Positions 37,719 through 51,040 are shown, counted from the stretch's first letter. The stretch is DNA of 64,000 bases from Raja brachyura (GCA_963514005.1 OY740796.1:31868001-31932000); one strand, 5' to 3'. Notes: generated by a model from the letters alone, not told the origin. Numbers and translations: made by a program.

Positions 37719-38003
37719 AGAAACATAGAAAATTGGTGCAGGAGTAGGCCATTCGGCCCTTCGAGCCTGCACCGCCATTCAATATGATCATGGCTGATCA
37801 TCCAACTCAGTATCCTGTACCTGCCTTCTCTCCATACCCCCTGATCCCTTTAGCCACAAGGGTCACATCTAACTCCCTCTTAAATATAGCCAATAAACTG
37901 GCCTCAACTACCTTCTGTGGCAGATAATTCCAGAGACTCACCACTCTCTGTGTGAAAAATGTTTTCCTCATCTCAGTCCTAAAGGAATTCCCCCTTATCC
38001 TTA
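37719..38003 (-). mobile_element. CR1 LINE 3' fragment
   Basis: Highly similar to 22790-23068. Confidence 0.9.
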
Positions 38004-38260
38004 GAAATGGCCCTTGCGTTTACCTTAGTGACTCGTGAGTCTACCGTGGCACCGTCAATGGAAACTTTTCATTTCCCAGGTGGGAATGGAGTTACCCGAG
38101 GCCAGACTCCAATAGAAGCAGCATTGAAAGTGACAGTAGAAGGCGGGAGCAGGAACCTTCATTTGAATTTGCACTGAGGTTAAATGGATTGTCATCCATG
38201 ATCATAAAAAGTCGCATATTGGATGTAGTGGGTTTATTTACGGGTGACTGTGGCTACCGA

Positions 38261-38423
38261 NNNNNNNNNNNNNNNNNNNNNNNNNNNNNNNNNNNNNNNN
38301 NNNNNNNNNNNNNNNNNNNNNNNNNNNNNNNNNNNNNNNNNNNNNNNNNNNNNNNNNNNNNNNNNNNNNNNNNNNNNNNNNNNNNNNNNNNNNNNNNNNN
38401 NNNNNNNNNNNNNNNNNNNNNNN
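38261..38423. other. Assembly gap (163 N)
   Basis: Run of N. Confidence 0.99.
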
Positions 38424-38754
38424 TTTACCAAGGTTGTCTAATATTTTGTTGACCTCATTCATGTACATGCCTTCAATATTCATTTTACACCACGTATTGC
38501 GACTTTGTCAAGACCCTTCTGGAAGTCCGTATTCAGGTTGTTAAGGTTTGCCCTCAGCATTTATTGCTTCCCTTTGTTGCTTAACTCCAGCTTCCCTTAT
38601 TTGGTTCTAATCTAGTTTTCACGGAATTATATGGAACTAGTTGTTCCTCCCAGCTAACATCCATTTTCAAAGAGAGGAAGCAATCAAATGTATACACAAC
38701 CGGGATTAATCGTAGCGAATGGGGGCAGGCAGCATCCCTGAAGAAAAGGAACAG

Positions 38755-38786
38755 GCGACGTTTCGGGTCGAGACCCTTCTTCAGAC
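38755..38786 (-). ncRNA. Best-preserved minimal hammerhead motif
   Basis: GT-CTGAAGA-A-GGGT(CTCG)ACCC-GAAAC-GTC-GC: intact core, perfect stem II, palindromic ACGT stem III. Confidence 0.7.
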
Positions 38787-40759
38787 TGTGAGTCAGGGGA
38801 AAGGGAGACGAGAGATCATTTCCTCCTGACCCTCAGACATCAGGAATCACATTGGATTAGACCGGGACCATCTCAGCTGCAAGGTGGTACAGCAGTTAAT
38901 GCTGCTGCCTCGTTATCTCAGGTTCGATCCCGAGCTCAGCTGCTGTCCGTGTGGAGTTAGTGACCAAGAGGCTTTGCATCAACTGCGGTTAGAAGCGTCT
39001 GCTTTTTGAATTCCCACAAATAGCACAAGGTTTAAGTCAACATTTTAAAACCATTTTAAGGATTATGTTTAACCCAATCACTGGACGCAAGTGTTGTACC
39101 ATTACGAAAAAATTTGTTAAAACGTGCTGCGCCTCTGGTCCGTACAAACATTTCAGAAGTAAAGCAGCATTTATTTAAAAATAAGATATTTATACAGATT
39201 ATTCCTGAAATATTTGAGGTTTATTTATTTCTGCTATTTCTGCTCAGGAAGATATGCCAGTAAAATAGCTCTGGCTAAAATCAACACTTCACACATTAAT
39301 AATAAGAGTCAAAGGCAAGTTACAGCAAATACTGAAAATCAGAAAAAGATAGAGAAAAGAGTAGAACTTCACAACTGAGGCTGCACAGAGAGTGAGTCAC
39401 GCACACACAGACACGGGTCAACGTTAATTAAATCTCAAAAGAACTGCAGCTGCTGGAAATCTGAAGTGAAAACAGAAAGGGCTGGAATCACTGAACAGGT
39501 CAGTGGGGAGAGAGTACTCTTTCCCTTCTGCCTTCATTGCACAAACGTCCTTGCATGACATAAAGAGCTGCTGCAAACAGCACTCGAATAAAAAACATCA
39601 CCATCCTGGACCATCCTGCATGGCTTGCAGCCATGTTTCCAAATGAGCCGATTTAAACAAGGGAGGCTTTTTATAGTGCAACAAAAACAGCAATACACAA
39701 GAGTAACTCGGGAGAGGAACTTGGTAACGCGGGAGACGAACTTGGAACATCGCAGAAATGACAAGTAAACGGCAAACTTAGTCATACCCATGGGAACTCG
39801 GTTAAACTCTTGATCATACACTTGGAATCTCGTACACAACCACGAGTCTTTCACTCGGGGTACCTCATGGGTCAACTCGCACCGTGAGACAGGGATTAAA
39901 GGCTTCCACTCTCACCTCACACCTGGAATTCAGCTCATTGCGCAATGTAAATCTGAAACGTCACCTACTCCTTTTCTCCAGAGATGCTGCCTGACCCGCT
40001 GAGTTACTCCTATATTTTGTGCTCATTTTCAATGTAAACCAGCATCTGCACTTCCTTAAACATTAAATCCAGGTTTAGGTACATAAAACGATCAGAGACA
40101 GAGATATTGTAGATAGAGGTTTTTTTTCACCCAGGATACAAATGTCAAAAACTAGAGAGCATAACTTCATGGTGAGATAGGGAAAGTTTGAAGGAGGTTT
40201 GTGAGGCAAATTTTTTGAGAGTGGGTGGGGTGCCTTGAAGTTCTGCCAGTAGATGGAAGTAGCACCATTTAAGAGGCATTTAGACAAATACATGAGTAGG
40301 CTGCAACAGGAGAGATGGACTATGTGCAGGCCGATGTGCACTTTAAATGGACATTATAGTTGGCACAGGCATGTATGTTAGACTGTGTTGAGGTCGGGAG
40401 CTGAAGAAGGGTTCCAACCCAAAACGTCACCTATCCAGTGATACACTGTGTACTCTACAGCTGACTGATGCTGGTAAAATATATATTTCTAGCACTGTCG
40501 ACGAAACCTTTCAACACATTGCTGATAATTGAGATTAGAGTGATTGAGTGGTGGCTCATGTCATTGAATTAGTTCTGTTTTCTGTAAATCGGGGACATCT
40601 GGGCAGCTTTTCACCAGTGTCGGGTAGATGCCAGTGTTGCCAGTACTGGGTCAGCTTGGCTTAAAATGTCGCTAATTCTGGAGCACAGGTCTTTAGTACC
40701 GCAGCCGAGATGTTGTCTGGTCCTAGAGCCTTTGCTGTATCCTGTGTTCTCCATTGTTT

Positions 40760-42376
40760 CTGGATATCTCAGAGAGAATCGGATTGGCTGAAGGCTGTTT
40801 TGGTGATGGGGGAGTTCCCCCCCCGCCAGGCGTCCAAAATCCAGTACATGCGCCGCTCCAGGATTTTGTGGTTCCCCACCCAGGTTTGAGCACATTCATG
40901 TTGACTTGGTGGGATCGCAGCCGATGTCTCTTGACGCCACGCACCTTCTCACCATTGTGGACCGTTTCACGAGGCGGCCTGAGGCCGCTCCACTCTCTGA
41001 CACCTCTGCCGCGCCTAGGGCTCGGGGCCTCGTGGTCCACTGGGTGGCGTGTTTTGGTGTGCCTGCTGACATCTCCACCATCCGGGGTGCCCAGTTCCCC
41101 TCTGCCCTGTGTTCGGCCATGGCTCAGCTGTACGGGGCGCAGCTGCATCATACCATCGCGTACCACCCTCAGGCCAATGGGTTGGTGGAGCGGTTCCATC
41201 GGCATCTGAGGTCTATTGAAGGTGCGGCTCATGGGCCGAGATTGGGTGGACCAGTTGCCTTGGGTGTCGCTGGGGATCCGCACGGTCCCTAAGGCGGATT
41301 TGGACACGTCTTCCACGGAGCTGGTGTATGGCTCCCCGCTGCGGGTGCCTGGTGATTGGGTGCATTCAAACTGCATCCAAGCTGCTTCCTGTAGTGCCCA
41401 AGCAAATGATATTGACAATGGTGAGAGGGGATGTACTTGCTGAGAAGGTTCAGGCTTCTGTGAACACAAGCCTTGGGAGAGGATGAGCTTCCTGAGAAAT
41501 TGGTATTCTCTGTAGAGTTCTCGGCAGAAACTTCTGTGGGCAATTGATAAAGATCCTTACATTGTTTAAGAAGGTACTGCAGATGATAGACCTTTGACTA
41601 ACTTCCTGTTATTTGGGGGTTCCATAACTAAAGTTTGTGATCAATATAACCATAGCATGAGAAGTATTGTATTAGTGACAAGCATGCGTTGAATGGATAG
41701 AGCTGTGATTGATATGTCAGACGTCATTGCTGCAACTCTCTATGAACATGTGACTATGTTTCCAAAACATTATAAAAAGATGCTGTATGTCTTCATTCAT
41801 TAGAGTGATGGCCTAGGAGGAGTTAAGTATCTGCTGTATGTTTGACTTTGTATCTCCTAGCACTCTCGCTAGCTAAATGATCATTAAAGCTTGTATTGGT
41901 TTTACCTAACTTATTGTAAGTTGTCTGTTTTAAGAAAATGAACCTTAACAGTTGCTCCTGTTTATGTTCCGCCGGTGCTCAAGGACTGCCTTTTTGTTTT
42001 CGTTCACAGAGACTTGCACTGGACTCCGCTGCAGCGGCCTTATGAAGGACCTTTCTGGGTGTTGCGTCCCGGCATCGTGACTTTTCTGTTGGATGTCGGA
42101 GGTCGTGAGGAGATTGTTTCGGTGGCCCGCCTCAAGCCCACCTATCTGGATGTCAGTAGCCTGGCGGTGGTGGCTCAACCCCGGCGTACAGGTCGTCTGC
42201 TGCCTGTGTCCCTTTCACCAGTTACACCTGTTGTGCCTGTTCCACCTGTGACTGTTCCGCCTGTTAGTCCTGTACCGCCGGTTGTGACAGTTCCTCCTAT
42301 CTCCACTTGGTCTGGTCGCCTCATTTGGCCACCCGCTTGTTTCCTTTCCTCTGGTTCTGGGGGGGGGGGGGGGTCC
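40760..42376 (+). mobile_element. Ty3/Gypsy integrase remnant (interrupted at ~41362-41950)
   Basis: HIHVDLVG..LLTIVDRFTR.PEA..FGVPADIST.RG.QF..YHPQANGLVERFHR; GPF module RPYEGPF..VSVARLKP; poly-G PPT at 42359-42373. Confidence 0.9.
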
Positions 42377-42617
42377 TGTAGCAGCACCTAGTGGTGGGTT
42401 GGGGAGGTCAGAACCCTCGTCATTGGTCGGCTCGATCACGTGACTGCGGAGGTTCGTTCTTGGGCTTTTCAGTTAGTTCGTCAGCGCTCCTCCCAGCAAC
42501 AGGAGCTGTTTTTTGTTTGCTAACCAGGCACGCGTATTGCACAAGTTTTGTTTTTGTTTTTATTGATAATGAAAATTACTTCACTCAACCTGCCTGGTCT
42601 CGCTGTAGTGTTATACA
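42377..42617 (+). mobile_element. Gypsy 3' LTR
   Basis: TGTAG...ATACA just downstream of the polypurine tract. Confidence 0.6.
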
Positions 42618-43099
42618 TGTTTGTATGTATATTCACAGGCATGCACTTTCATATTCTCCATGCAACACAGCAGATCATCTTGCTTTATCTTTCTCATTCT
42701 CATTTGGCTCAGCATTGGTTCAGCATTGGGATTTTCTAATATACCAGAATAAACTGGCTGTACATAAATTGTATTGCCAGATTTGTCTTCTGTAAACTAT
42801 CCTGTCACATCTTTGTGTGCGGAAAGCATGATACAGAGACAAACGTAGCCGTTTAATTAATATGAAGAATTGTTCTCTTGAAGAAAGAAGCTTCCTACTG
42901 CTTCCTTCAGGGACAGAGACACCAGGAGGAGTCACAGGAACTCTCTCATAGCCACATTCCTCTCAACTGGAGATGCAGTTGACAGGTAGAACAAATTTTC
43001 AATTATCGCAAATCGCTCACAGGTATTGGTAACTTTTTTATAGTACTCAAGATAACTCTGAGTTTATAACTAAACTTGCAATGTTCTGAGTTTGAGATT

Positions 43100-43690
43100 A
43101 GTTTATTTTCACGTGTACCGAGGTATAGTGAAAAGCTTTTGTTGCGTGCTTAACCAGCCAGTGGAAAGACAACACACGATTACAATCAAACCAACCACAG
43201 TGTACAGATACATGAGAAAATGAATAACATGAATAAAGTTTAGTGCAAGATAAAGCCAGTAAAGTCTGATTAAAGATAGTCTGAGGGTCTCCAATGAGAT
43301 AGACAGTTCAGGACTGCTCTCTAGTTGTTGGTGGTATTGTTCAGTTGCCTGATTACTGCTGGAAAGAAACTGTCCCTGAATCTAGAGGTGTGCATTTTCA
43401 CACTTCTATAGCTTTTGCCCAATATGAGAGGGGAGAAGAGGGAGTACTCAAGGTGCAACTCATCCTTGATTATGCTGGTGGCTTTATCAAGGCAACGTGA
43501 GGTGTAAATTGAGCCAATGGGAGGTTAGTTGTGTGATGGTTTGGGCTGCAATTTCCCTGCAATTTCTTGCAGTCTTGGATGGATGGAGCTGTTCCCAAAA
43601 CCATGCTGTGGTGCATCCCGATAACATGCTTTCCACAGCGCATCTGTAGAAGTTGGTGAGAGTTGCTGGGGACATGCAAACTTCCTAAGA
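43100..43690 (-). mobile_element. Rex1/Babar-like LINE 3' fragment
   Basis: TLTNFYRCAVESMLSGC.TAW peptide plus 3'UTR ending GTGAAAATAAACTAA. Confidence 0.75.
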
Positions 43691-44807
43691 TTAAAAGATG
43701 CCTTTAATTTAGGCGGCTCAAAGGCAATACATTCATACAATCTGTTAAAAGCTTGAGTGTATTGGAGTTAAGACTTTCCTTCTCATTCACCCACATGGAT
43801 CATGTTTAAAGTTAAGATTCCCATGGTGTTTGTGAAGTGAGTGAACAAGACAGCAGGTCAACTGCGTGACCTCTTGTCACTGGGGTCTGTCATGGTTTGC
43901 TCTTTGGTTTCTCCGTCACTAACATGTGTCTATGTGTCTATGTTTCTATGTCATGAACTTGGGGGCATAACCTTAAAATTAGAAATAAGACGTATACGGG
44001 CAATGTCAGGGAGCTGCTCTTCACACAGCAAAGTGGAAATCCAAAATCTCATCCCCCAAAAACCAAGATTTAGCTGAAAATGTAAAAATGATATGGATTT
44101 GTTTGGGAACCATGTTAAGTGATTTAGGACCATGGTGAAAAACTGATTCAGATTCACTACAATCTGTTGAGTGGTGGAACAGGGTCCGGGCATGAAAAGT
44201 CATTCTCATTGCTTAATTCTATTGTTCTACATTAGTTGGTGTAACACAAAGTCAGAAAGTGATCCATCTCAGCCAAGATGGGTCACTTTCGGGCATTCTA
44301 AGTAAGTAAAGTAATGGAAAAACCATGGGCTCTTTTCTGTGGAAGTCCTGACAGGATGCTCCGCTTCCTTCAAATCTTTCAGATTTTCTTACATCAGATC
44401 ATTCTTTTTTCCAAAGAACACATTGGCACATTAAGAGAATGGAAGTTTCTACTGGTTTTTTAACACTTAATTTGGAAATTTCAACTCTTAAAATCTAAAA
44501 GCTAAAAAAGATACAGGAAACAAATCCCTCGCCCTTTTCTGTTTGAGTTCTCTCATTACTTCTTGACAACAAAAAATGAAAACAAGGTTACACTAAATGT
44601 CATTTCACAACCTTTTTAGAATTCCAAAAAGCTGAAAACATTGAATCAACTGTGAATTTACATTGATCACCACATCACCTTTTATATAATTAAGGAAAAA
44701 TGATCTGTATAGATAGTGCATCTAATGCTGTACAATTAGAAGAATGTGTGGAACTGTCATATATTTCCAGTTCTGAATGGCCATTAATCTGTAGCACAGA
44801 AATTCCC

Positions 44808-45783
44808 CTAGTTTACTATAAATTGTAAATTAATGATTTGGATGAGGGGATTGTCGGCTTTGTGGCCAGGTTTGTGGATGATACGAAAATAGGTGGAGGG
44901 GCAGGCAGTGTAGAGAAAGCAGGGACCGCAGGAGGACTTGGATAGGTTGGGAGACTGGGCAGAGAAGTGGCAGATGGAATATAGTGTAGCAAAGTGTGGA
45001 GTCATACATTTTGGTAGTAGGAATAAAGGTGTAGATTATTTTCTAAATGGGGAGAGAATCCAGAAATCAGAGGTGCAAAGGGACTTGGGAGTGCTGGTGC
45101 AGGATTCCCAAAAAGTTAATCTGCAAGTCAAATTGGTAGTAAAGAAAGCAATCGCAATGCTAGCATTTATTTCAAGAGGGTTTGTATACAAAAACCGAAA
45201 TGTAATGCTGAGGCTCTATAAGGTGCTGGTCAGACCGCATTTGGAATATTGTGAGCAATTTTGGGCATTATATCTGAGGAAGGATTGCTGGCTCTGGAGA
45301 GAGTCCAGAGGAGGTTTACAAGAATGATCCCAGGAATGAGTAGGTTAATCTATAATGAGTGTTTGATGGCACTGGGCCTGTGCTCACTGGAGTTTAGAAG
45401 AATGAGGGGGGACCTCATTGAAACATACAAAATAGTGAAAGGCTTGGATAGAGTGGATGTTGGGAGAATGTTTCCACTAGTGGGAGGGTCAAGGAGTAGA
45501 AGTCATAGCCTCAGAATTAAAGGACATTCTTTTAGGATGGAGATAAGGAGGAATTTCTTTAGTCAGAGGATGTTTAATCTGTGCAATTCTTTGCTACAGA
45601 AGGCTGTGGAGGCAAAGTCAGTGGATATATTTTGAGGAGGAGATAGATAGATTCGTGATTAGTACAGGTGTCAAAGGTTATGGGTGGAAGGCAGGAGAAT
45701 GGGGTTAGGAGGGAGAGATAGATCAGCTATGATTGAATGGCGGAGTAGACTTGATGGCTGAATGGCGTAATTCTACTCCTATC
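44808..45783 (+). mobile_element. CR1 LINE ORF2 C-terminus and 3'UTR
   Basis: FVDDTKIG..LDRLGDWAEKWQM..KCGVIHFG..LVRPHLEYC..RMRGDLIETYK. Confidence 0.92.
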
Positions 45784-47435
45784 ACAATTGTGAAGCTGTT
45801 TATTACTAAAAAAACACTGGTGACCACAAACGTCTTGAGCTTTATGTATGATTGGTGAGATGATGGTTCGAATAATACTTGCTGTTTTTGGGCTTCTGCT
45901 GGTCAATACCTAATGTATTAGAGAACGTCCAAGAAATGGCAACAGAGATGTGGGTTGGGTTAAGTTCCAAATTGTGAGAGATATTAATGGGGTTGACGTT
46001 ATTTTTATTGAATGGAGAGAAAATGTGCACCAGCCCTTTTATATGAGGAATGTGCAGTACAAATAAGGAAACATTACTCAGCCAGGATTTTGCGAGCAGA
46101 CTAAAGGAAACAAGTAGTAAATGACCAAGACTAGCAAACACATTCTCTCAGCAGATGTGGCTCTATAAATCCATTTCCAAGAAAGCTGTGAAGCTCTGGC
46201 CAACATTTATCCCTTGGCAATCATAATTAATGGAGATTATATGGTCATAGCAAATTGGGACTGTAGACTGTAGATCATTTAGGCCTTTCAACCTGGTCCA
46301 CTGTTTAATGATTTATAACCTAACTGGATATCCACCATTTGTCCTATTTTACCAAATCTTTTTGGTGAGTAAATACCTATCATCAGAGGCTCCAACCTCA
46401 CTATTTACCTAGCATCAATTACTGTTCAACATCTGTGATATATTAGTCTTGTAACTTCATTTCTGAAAGGTATGACTCTAAGGTTTAGACTGGACCTAAT
46501 CTTGGACTCCACACCCTGCACAGCTTCAATCTAGTCCAACAGTTCCCTTTCAAACCTTGAAAATGTTAGAAAAATGTGTCTTTTGATTTTTGAAATGCCA
46601 AGGAAACGCTTTTCCGTAATCTCCACTCGTGAGCTGGCCTTTGGAGTTCACCTACGTCCTGCAGAATTGACGCAATGTTTCCTCCAATATACCCTATTTC
46701 CTGGAACTCAGTACTTCACATTGAGTTTAAAGGCTTTGTATAACTACACCATAGTTTTTCCAGATGAGTTCCAGATGAAAGATCTCAACCCAAAATGTTG
46801 ACTACATACACCGACATGCACCCCCAAATCTTTTTGAAGTTCAGTCGCGACCGTTTTCCCTCCACAGTTGCTGCCTGGCCAGCTAAATTCCTCCAGCACT
46901 TTTTTTTGTTCACTTTGGAGGTCCATTGTTTTTAATATTTCACTATAAAGTAACTGGACTGTCCTATTTCTTTTAGATCCAAAGTGGTTGACTTCACAAC
47001 TGCCTGTAGTGAAATCCGTTCATCACAGCTTTTCTTTTCACTCATTGAATCTACAAATGCTTCTTTGTAATTTAATATTTTGGCAACACTGCTTGTTATG
47101 CTGCATTTATTTACACGATTGAGAGATCCGGGTTTGTGGCTTTCTCTTTGATCATAAGCCGTTCATAGCTGCGGTCCGACACACGTCTTTGCAGGTGCCC
47201 ACCACCAGTTTAAATGTGTGGTGATTACCATCCCTTCCCTCTGTTTCTCATCGCTTCAACCATGTTCTGACAAATTGATGAGCGTTCTTCAGCTGCTCAA
47301 GTGTAGTCTGAAGATAACGGGACCCATCAAACTTCACACAGGTTGATTGCTGTGTATTCAATTATGACAATGAGAGCACTTTAACCTTCCTTCAATAGAC
47401 ATAAAGCTTTTTGGGGATTCTCTCACCCTGGTGCT

Positions 47436-48445
47436 TCAAGTTCAAGTTCAAGTTCAAGTGAGTTTATTGTCACGTGTCCCTGATAGGACAATGAAATTCT
47501 TGCTTTGCTTCAGCACAACAGAACATAGTAGGCATTGACTACAAAACAGATCAGTGTGTCCATATACCATTATATAAATATATACATACGTGAATAAATA
47601 AACTGATAACGTGCAAATAACAGATAATGGGCTACTAATGTTCAGAGTTTTGTTCGAGCCAGGTTTAATAGCCTGATGGCTGTGGGGAAGTAGCTATTCC
47701 TGAACTTGGTCGTTGCAGTCTTCAGGCTCCTATACCTTCTATCTGAGTGTGTGGCCAGGGTGGTGTGGGTCTTTGATGATACTGCCAGCCTTTTTGAGGC
47801 AGCGCCTGCGATAAATCCCCTCGATGGAAGGTAGGTCAGAGCCGATGATGGACTGGGCAGTGCTTACTACTTTTTGTAGTCTTTTCCTCCTCAGGGTGCT
47901 CAAGTTGCTGTACCAAGCCACGATGCAACAGGTCAGCAAGCTTTCTACTGTGCACCTGTAGAAGTTAGAGTCCTCCTTGACAAACCGACTCTCCGTAATC
48001 TTCCAAGGAAGTAGAGGTGCTCATGTGCTTTCTTGATAATTGCATCGGTGTTCTCGGACCAGGAAAGATCTTCAGAGATGTGCACGCCCAGGAATTTGAA
48101 TCTCTTGACCCTTTCAACCGTCAACCCATTGATATAAATGGGACTGTGGGTCCCCATCCTACTCCTTCCAAAGTCCACAATCAGTTCCTTGGTTTTGCTG
48201 GTGTTGAGGGCCAGGTTATTGTGCTGGCACCATATGGACAGTTGCTCGATCTCTCTTCTGTACTCCGACTCATCCCCATCAGTGATACGTCCCACAACAG
48301 TGGTGTCGTCAGCAAACTTGATGATGGAGTTCGCACTATGACTGGCTACGCAGTCATGAGTATAGAGTGAGTACAGCAGGGGGCTGAATACGCAGCCTTG
48401 AGGTGCTCCCGTGCTGATTGTTATCGAGTCTGACACATTTCCACG
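47436..48445 (-). mobile_element. Rex1/Babar-like LINE (RT C-terminus, 3'UTR, (TTGAAC)n tail)
   Basis: ISTGAPQGCV.SPLLYSLYTHDC..IIKFADDTTVVG..LNTSKTKELIVDF..FKFLGVHIS. Confidence 0.9.
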
Positions 48446-48706
48446 AATACTTTATGGATGTAAGACATTTTTCACACTGTGGCCAATATCTCTCAGACTT
48501 GCTGTCAGTGTAACATCATCTACTCCATTTCCATTTTATAACCAAACTTCCCATGTGCTGCCTTTGCTATTTCAGAGCCCGAGTGTGGTGATTGGTAGAG
48601 CTGCTGCCTCACAGCACCAGAGACGAGGTTTGATCCTGACCTCAGCTGCTGTCTGTGCATAGTTTGCATGTTCTCCCTGCGACGTGTGGGTTTCCTCCAG
48701 GTGGCA

Positions 48707-49117
48707 ATAGACAATGGACAATAGACAATAGGTGCAGGAGTAGGCCATTCAGCCCTTCGAGTCAGCACTGTCATTCAATGTGATCATGGCTGATCATCCA
48801 CAATCAGTACCCCATTCCTGGCTTCTCTCCATATCCCTTAACTCTGTTAACCATAAGAGCTCTATCTAACTTTCTCTTGAAAGCATCCAGAGAACCGGCC
48901 TCCACCGCCCTCTGAGGCAGAGAATTCCACACACTCACAACTCTCTGCGTGAAAACGTTTTTCCTCATCTCCATTCTAAATGGCTTACCACTTATTCTTA
49001 AACTATGGCCCCTGGTTCTGGACTCCCCCAACATTGGAAACATGTTTCCTGCCTCTAGCGTGTCCAAACCCTTAATAATCTTAAATGTTTCAAAAAGATC
49101 GCCTCTCATCCTTCTAA
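48707..49117 (-). mobile_element. CR1 LINE 3' fragment with (TATTGTC)n tail
   Basis: RMRGDLFETFKIIKGLD..SRTRGHSLR..FTQRVV..WNSLP. Confidence 0.9.
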
Positions 49118-49258
49118 AGGATGCTCTGATTTCCTCTCACACTCCAAAGACATGTGGGTTTGCAAGTGAATTGGGCTCTGTATATTGTCCCTCATATGTA
49201 GGGATTGGAAGCAATAATCATATAAAGCAGATCTAGTGTGAGCGGGTGATGGATGGTC

Positions 49259-50300
49259 TAGCAATGTTACAAAATTTTGAGATTTTAAAAATCAAGTCTG
49301 CAATTTATCCAATCAGATAAAGCATAAAAATAAGTTTAATTTGACACCTAATTCACTTTCATATCTTCAGTATTAAAAAAGTTAGGGCCATTTTCATACT
49401 CGGAAATTAGCTGCTTCCTATTGCTTTTCTATTGACTTAACACAAAAATTGTGATCGAGGACAGTCAAAAGCCCATAACTTCCTTAAAAATTAAGAGAAC
49501 TTAAAGAAATTTTCAGTTATTATAGATTGAAGTATTCTGAAACAAATATGAAACAATCTTACTTGCATGACCTGAAATTAAAGCATATGATTAGTTAGTT
49601 ACCCAATTGTAGCCAATTACAAAATTCAATTACTAGATCTAAACATCTATCCATTTCTTAAGAAAACATTAAAAAAAATTTAAAGCCTAAGTGTCCAATT
49701 AACAGTCACACAATAATTCACAATATAACATGATTTTTAAATCTAATTGTCATTAATTTATAGGCCAAATTGAAGGAATTCAGTGTTTAATGCCTGTAAA
49801 TTAATGGGCATTTTAAACAGCTTGCGAGTGGGATTTTCTGGAACGCGATGTATTAGAACGTTGCGGTTGCGGTGAATTTAAACCCAATATCGGCAGGAAA
49901 CTTTCTGCCGGTTCGTATGGGGGCTAAATCATTGTTTCGCAACATGAAATATTGATCAAAGTCCCCTAAAAAAGCAAGTTTATATGAAAAAATAAACAGC
50001 TTTCACTTACCTGTCCCCTACGTAAAATCGGTCCCCGTTGTCGGCGTTCACGGCATTAGGAGCTAATTTTGATTTTACTGCAGTGATTAAATAGTCGGGC
50101 AATTTATTTTAAAAAACTGACTTACCGGCAGTCGGAACGCATCTCCAGAGATAGATTGCACTCCGACAACAGAAAGCTCCGGATTGCATGGGGAAAACTG
50201 CATTTTAACCCCGCCCCCCCCCCTTAAAGGCCCCAACGTCGTGCACACGGCCAGCGGCAGAACTGCAGCACCGCTAAAGGTAAGTTTTGTAACATACCTA
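49259..50300 (-). mobile_element. 7-bp-TSD DNA transposon copy 3
   Basis: TAGCAATGTTACAAAA / TTTTGTAACATACCTA; TSD GATGGTC at 49252-49258 and 50301-50307; colinear with copy 1. Confidence 0.9.
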
Positions 50301-50727
50301 GATGGTCGGCATGGACCATGTGTGCTGAAAGGCTGTTTTGATGCTGTATTTTGCAATTAATCAATTCAATCAACCAATTAATGCACACAAATCAGATGTT
50401 GGGTGTCATTTGATACAATCCTACATAATCAAAGAAGAGAATGTGTTTCATTCAATCTGACAGAGGGCCAACCCGATAGGATAGCCTCCTGTACCTCCCA
50501 AGCAACTTAACAGAATGGAAATAAAACACAGAGAACTTTGGAGATGGGGGAAAGGCGCAGATTACAAGGCCGAGTAATTGAGGTCCTGTGATGAAGGGAG
50601 ACAAAAATGCTGGAGAAAGTCAGGGGGTTAGGTAGCATCTATGGAGCGAAGGAATAGGTGACGTTTTGGGTCGAGACTCGTCTTCAGTGCTGCAAGAGGA
50701 AGCTTTCAAACCAAAAATAAAACCACC

Positions 50728-51040
50728 AGCACGGTGGCCCAGTGGTAGAGCTGCTGCCTTACAGCGAATACAGTGCCGGAGACTAGGGTTCGATCCCGAC
50801 TATGGGTGTTTGTCTGTACGGAGTTTCTACGTTCTCACCGTGACCTGCGTGGGTTTTATCTGAGATCTTCGGTTTCCTCCCACCCTCCAAAGACATACAG
50901 GTTTGTAGGTTAATTGGCTTGGTATAAATGTAAATTGTCTCGAGTGTGTGTAAGATAGTGTGTGCAGGGATCGCTGGTCGGTGCGGGCTTGGTGGGCCGA
51001 ACGGCCTGTTTCTGTGCTGTATCTCTAAACCAAACTAGAT
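50728..51040 (+). mobile_element. V-SINE (HE1-like)
   Basis: GGTGGCCCAGTGG A box, GGTTCGATCCC B box, V-domain and tail. Confidence 0.85.

Larger units (their letters stand above)
37492..39897. mobile_element. Harbinger-like element arms (family of 53674-55729) around unrelated interior and gap
   Basis: Left arm 37492-38060 (split by CR1, TIR tip missing) and right arm ~39700-39897 match the arms of 53674-55729. Confidence 0.6.
48585..50365 (+). mobile_element. V-SINE split by a CR1 and by the 7-bp-TSD transposon
   Basis: Head 48585-48703, middle 49118-49258, tail 50301-50365. Confidence 0.7.

Noticed and set aside
38189-38483. ORFs spanning X runs
   Set aside because: Artefacts of the N gap.
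40723-41469. 248-aa minus-strand ORF
   Set aside because: Antisense shadow of the Gypsy integrase.
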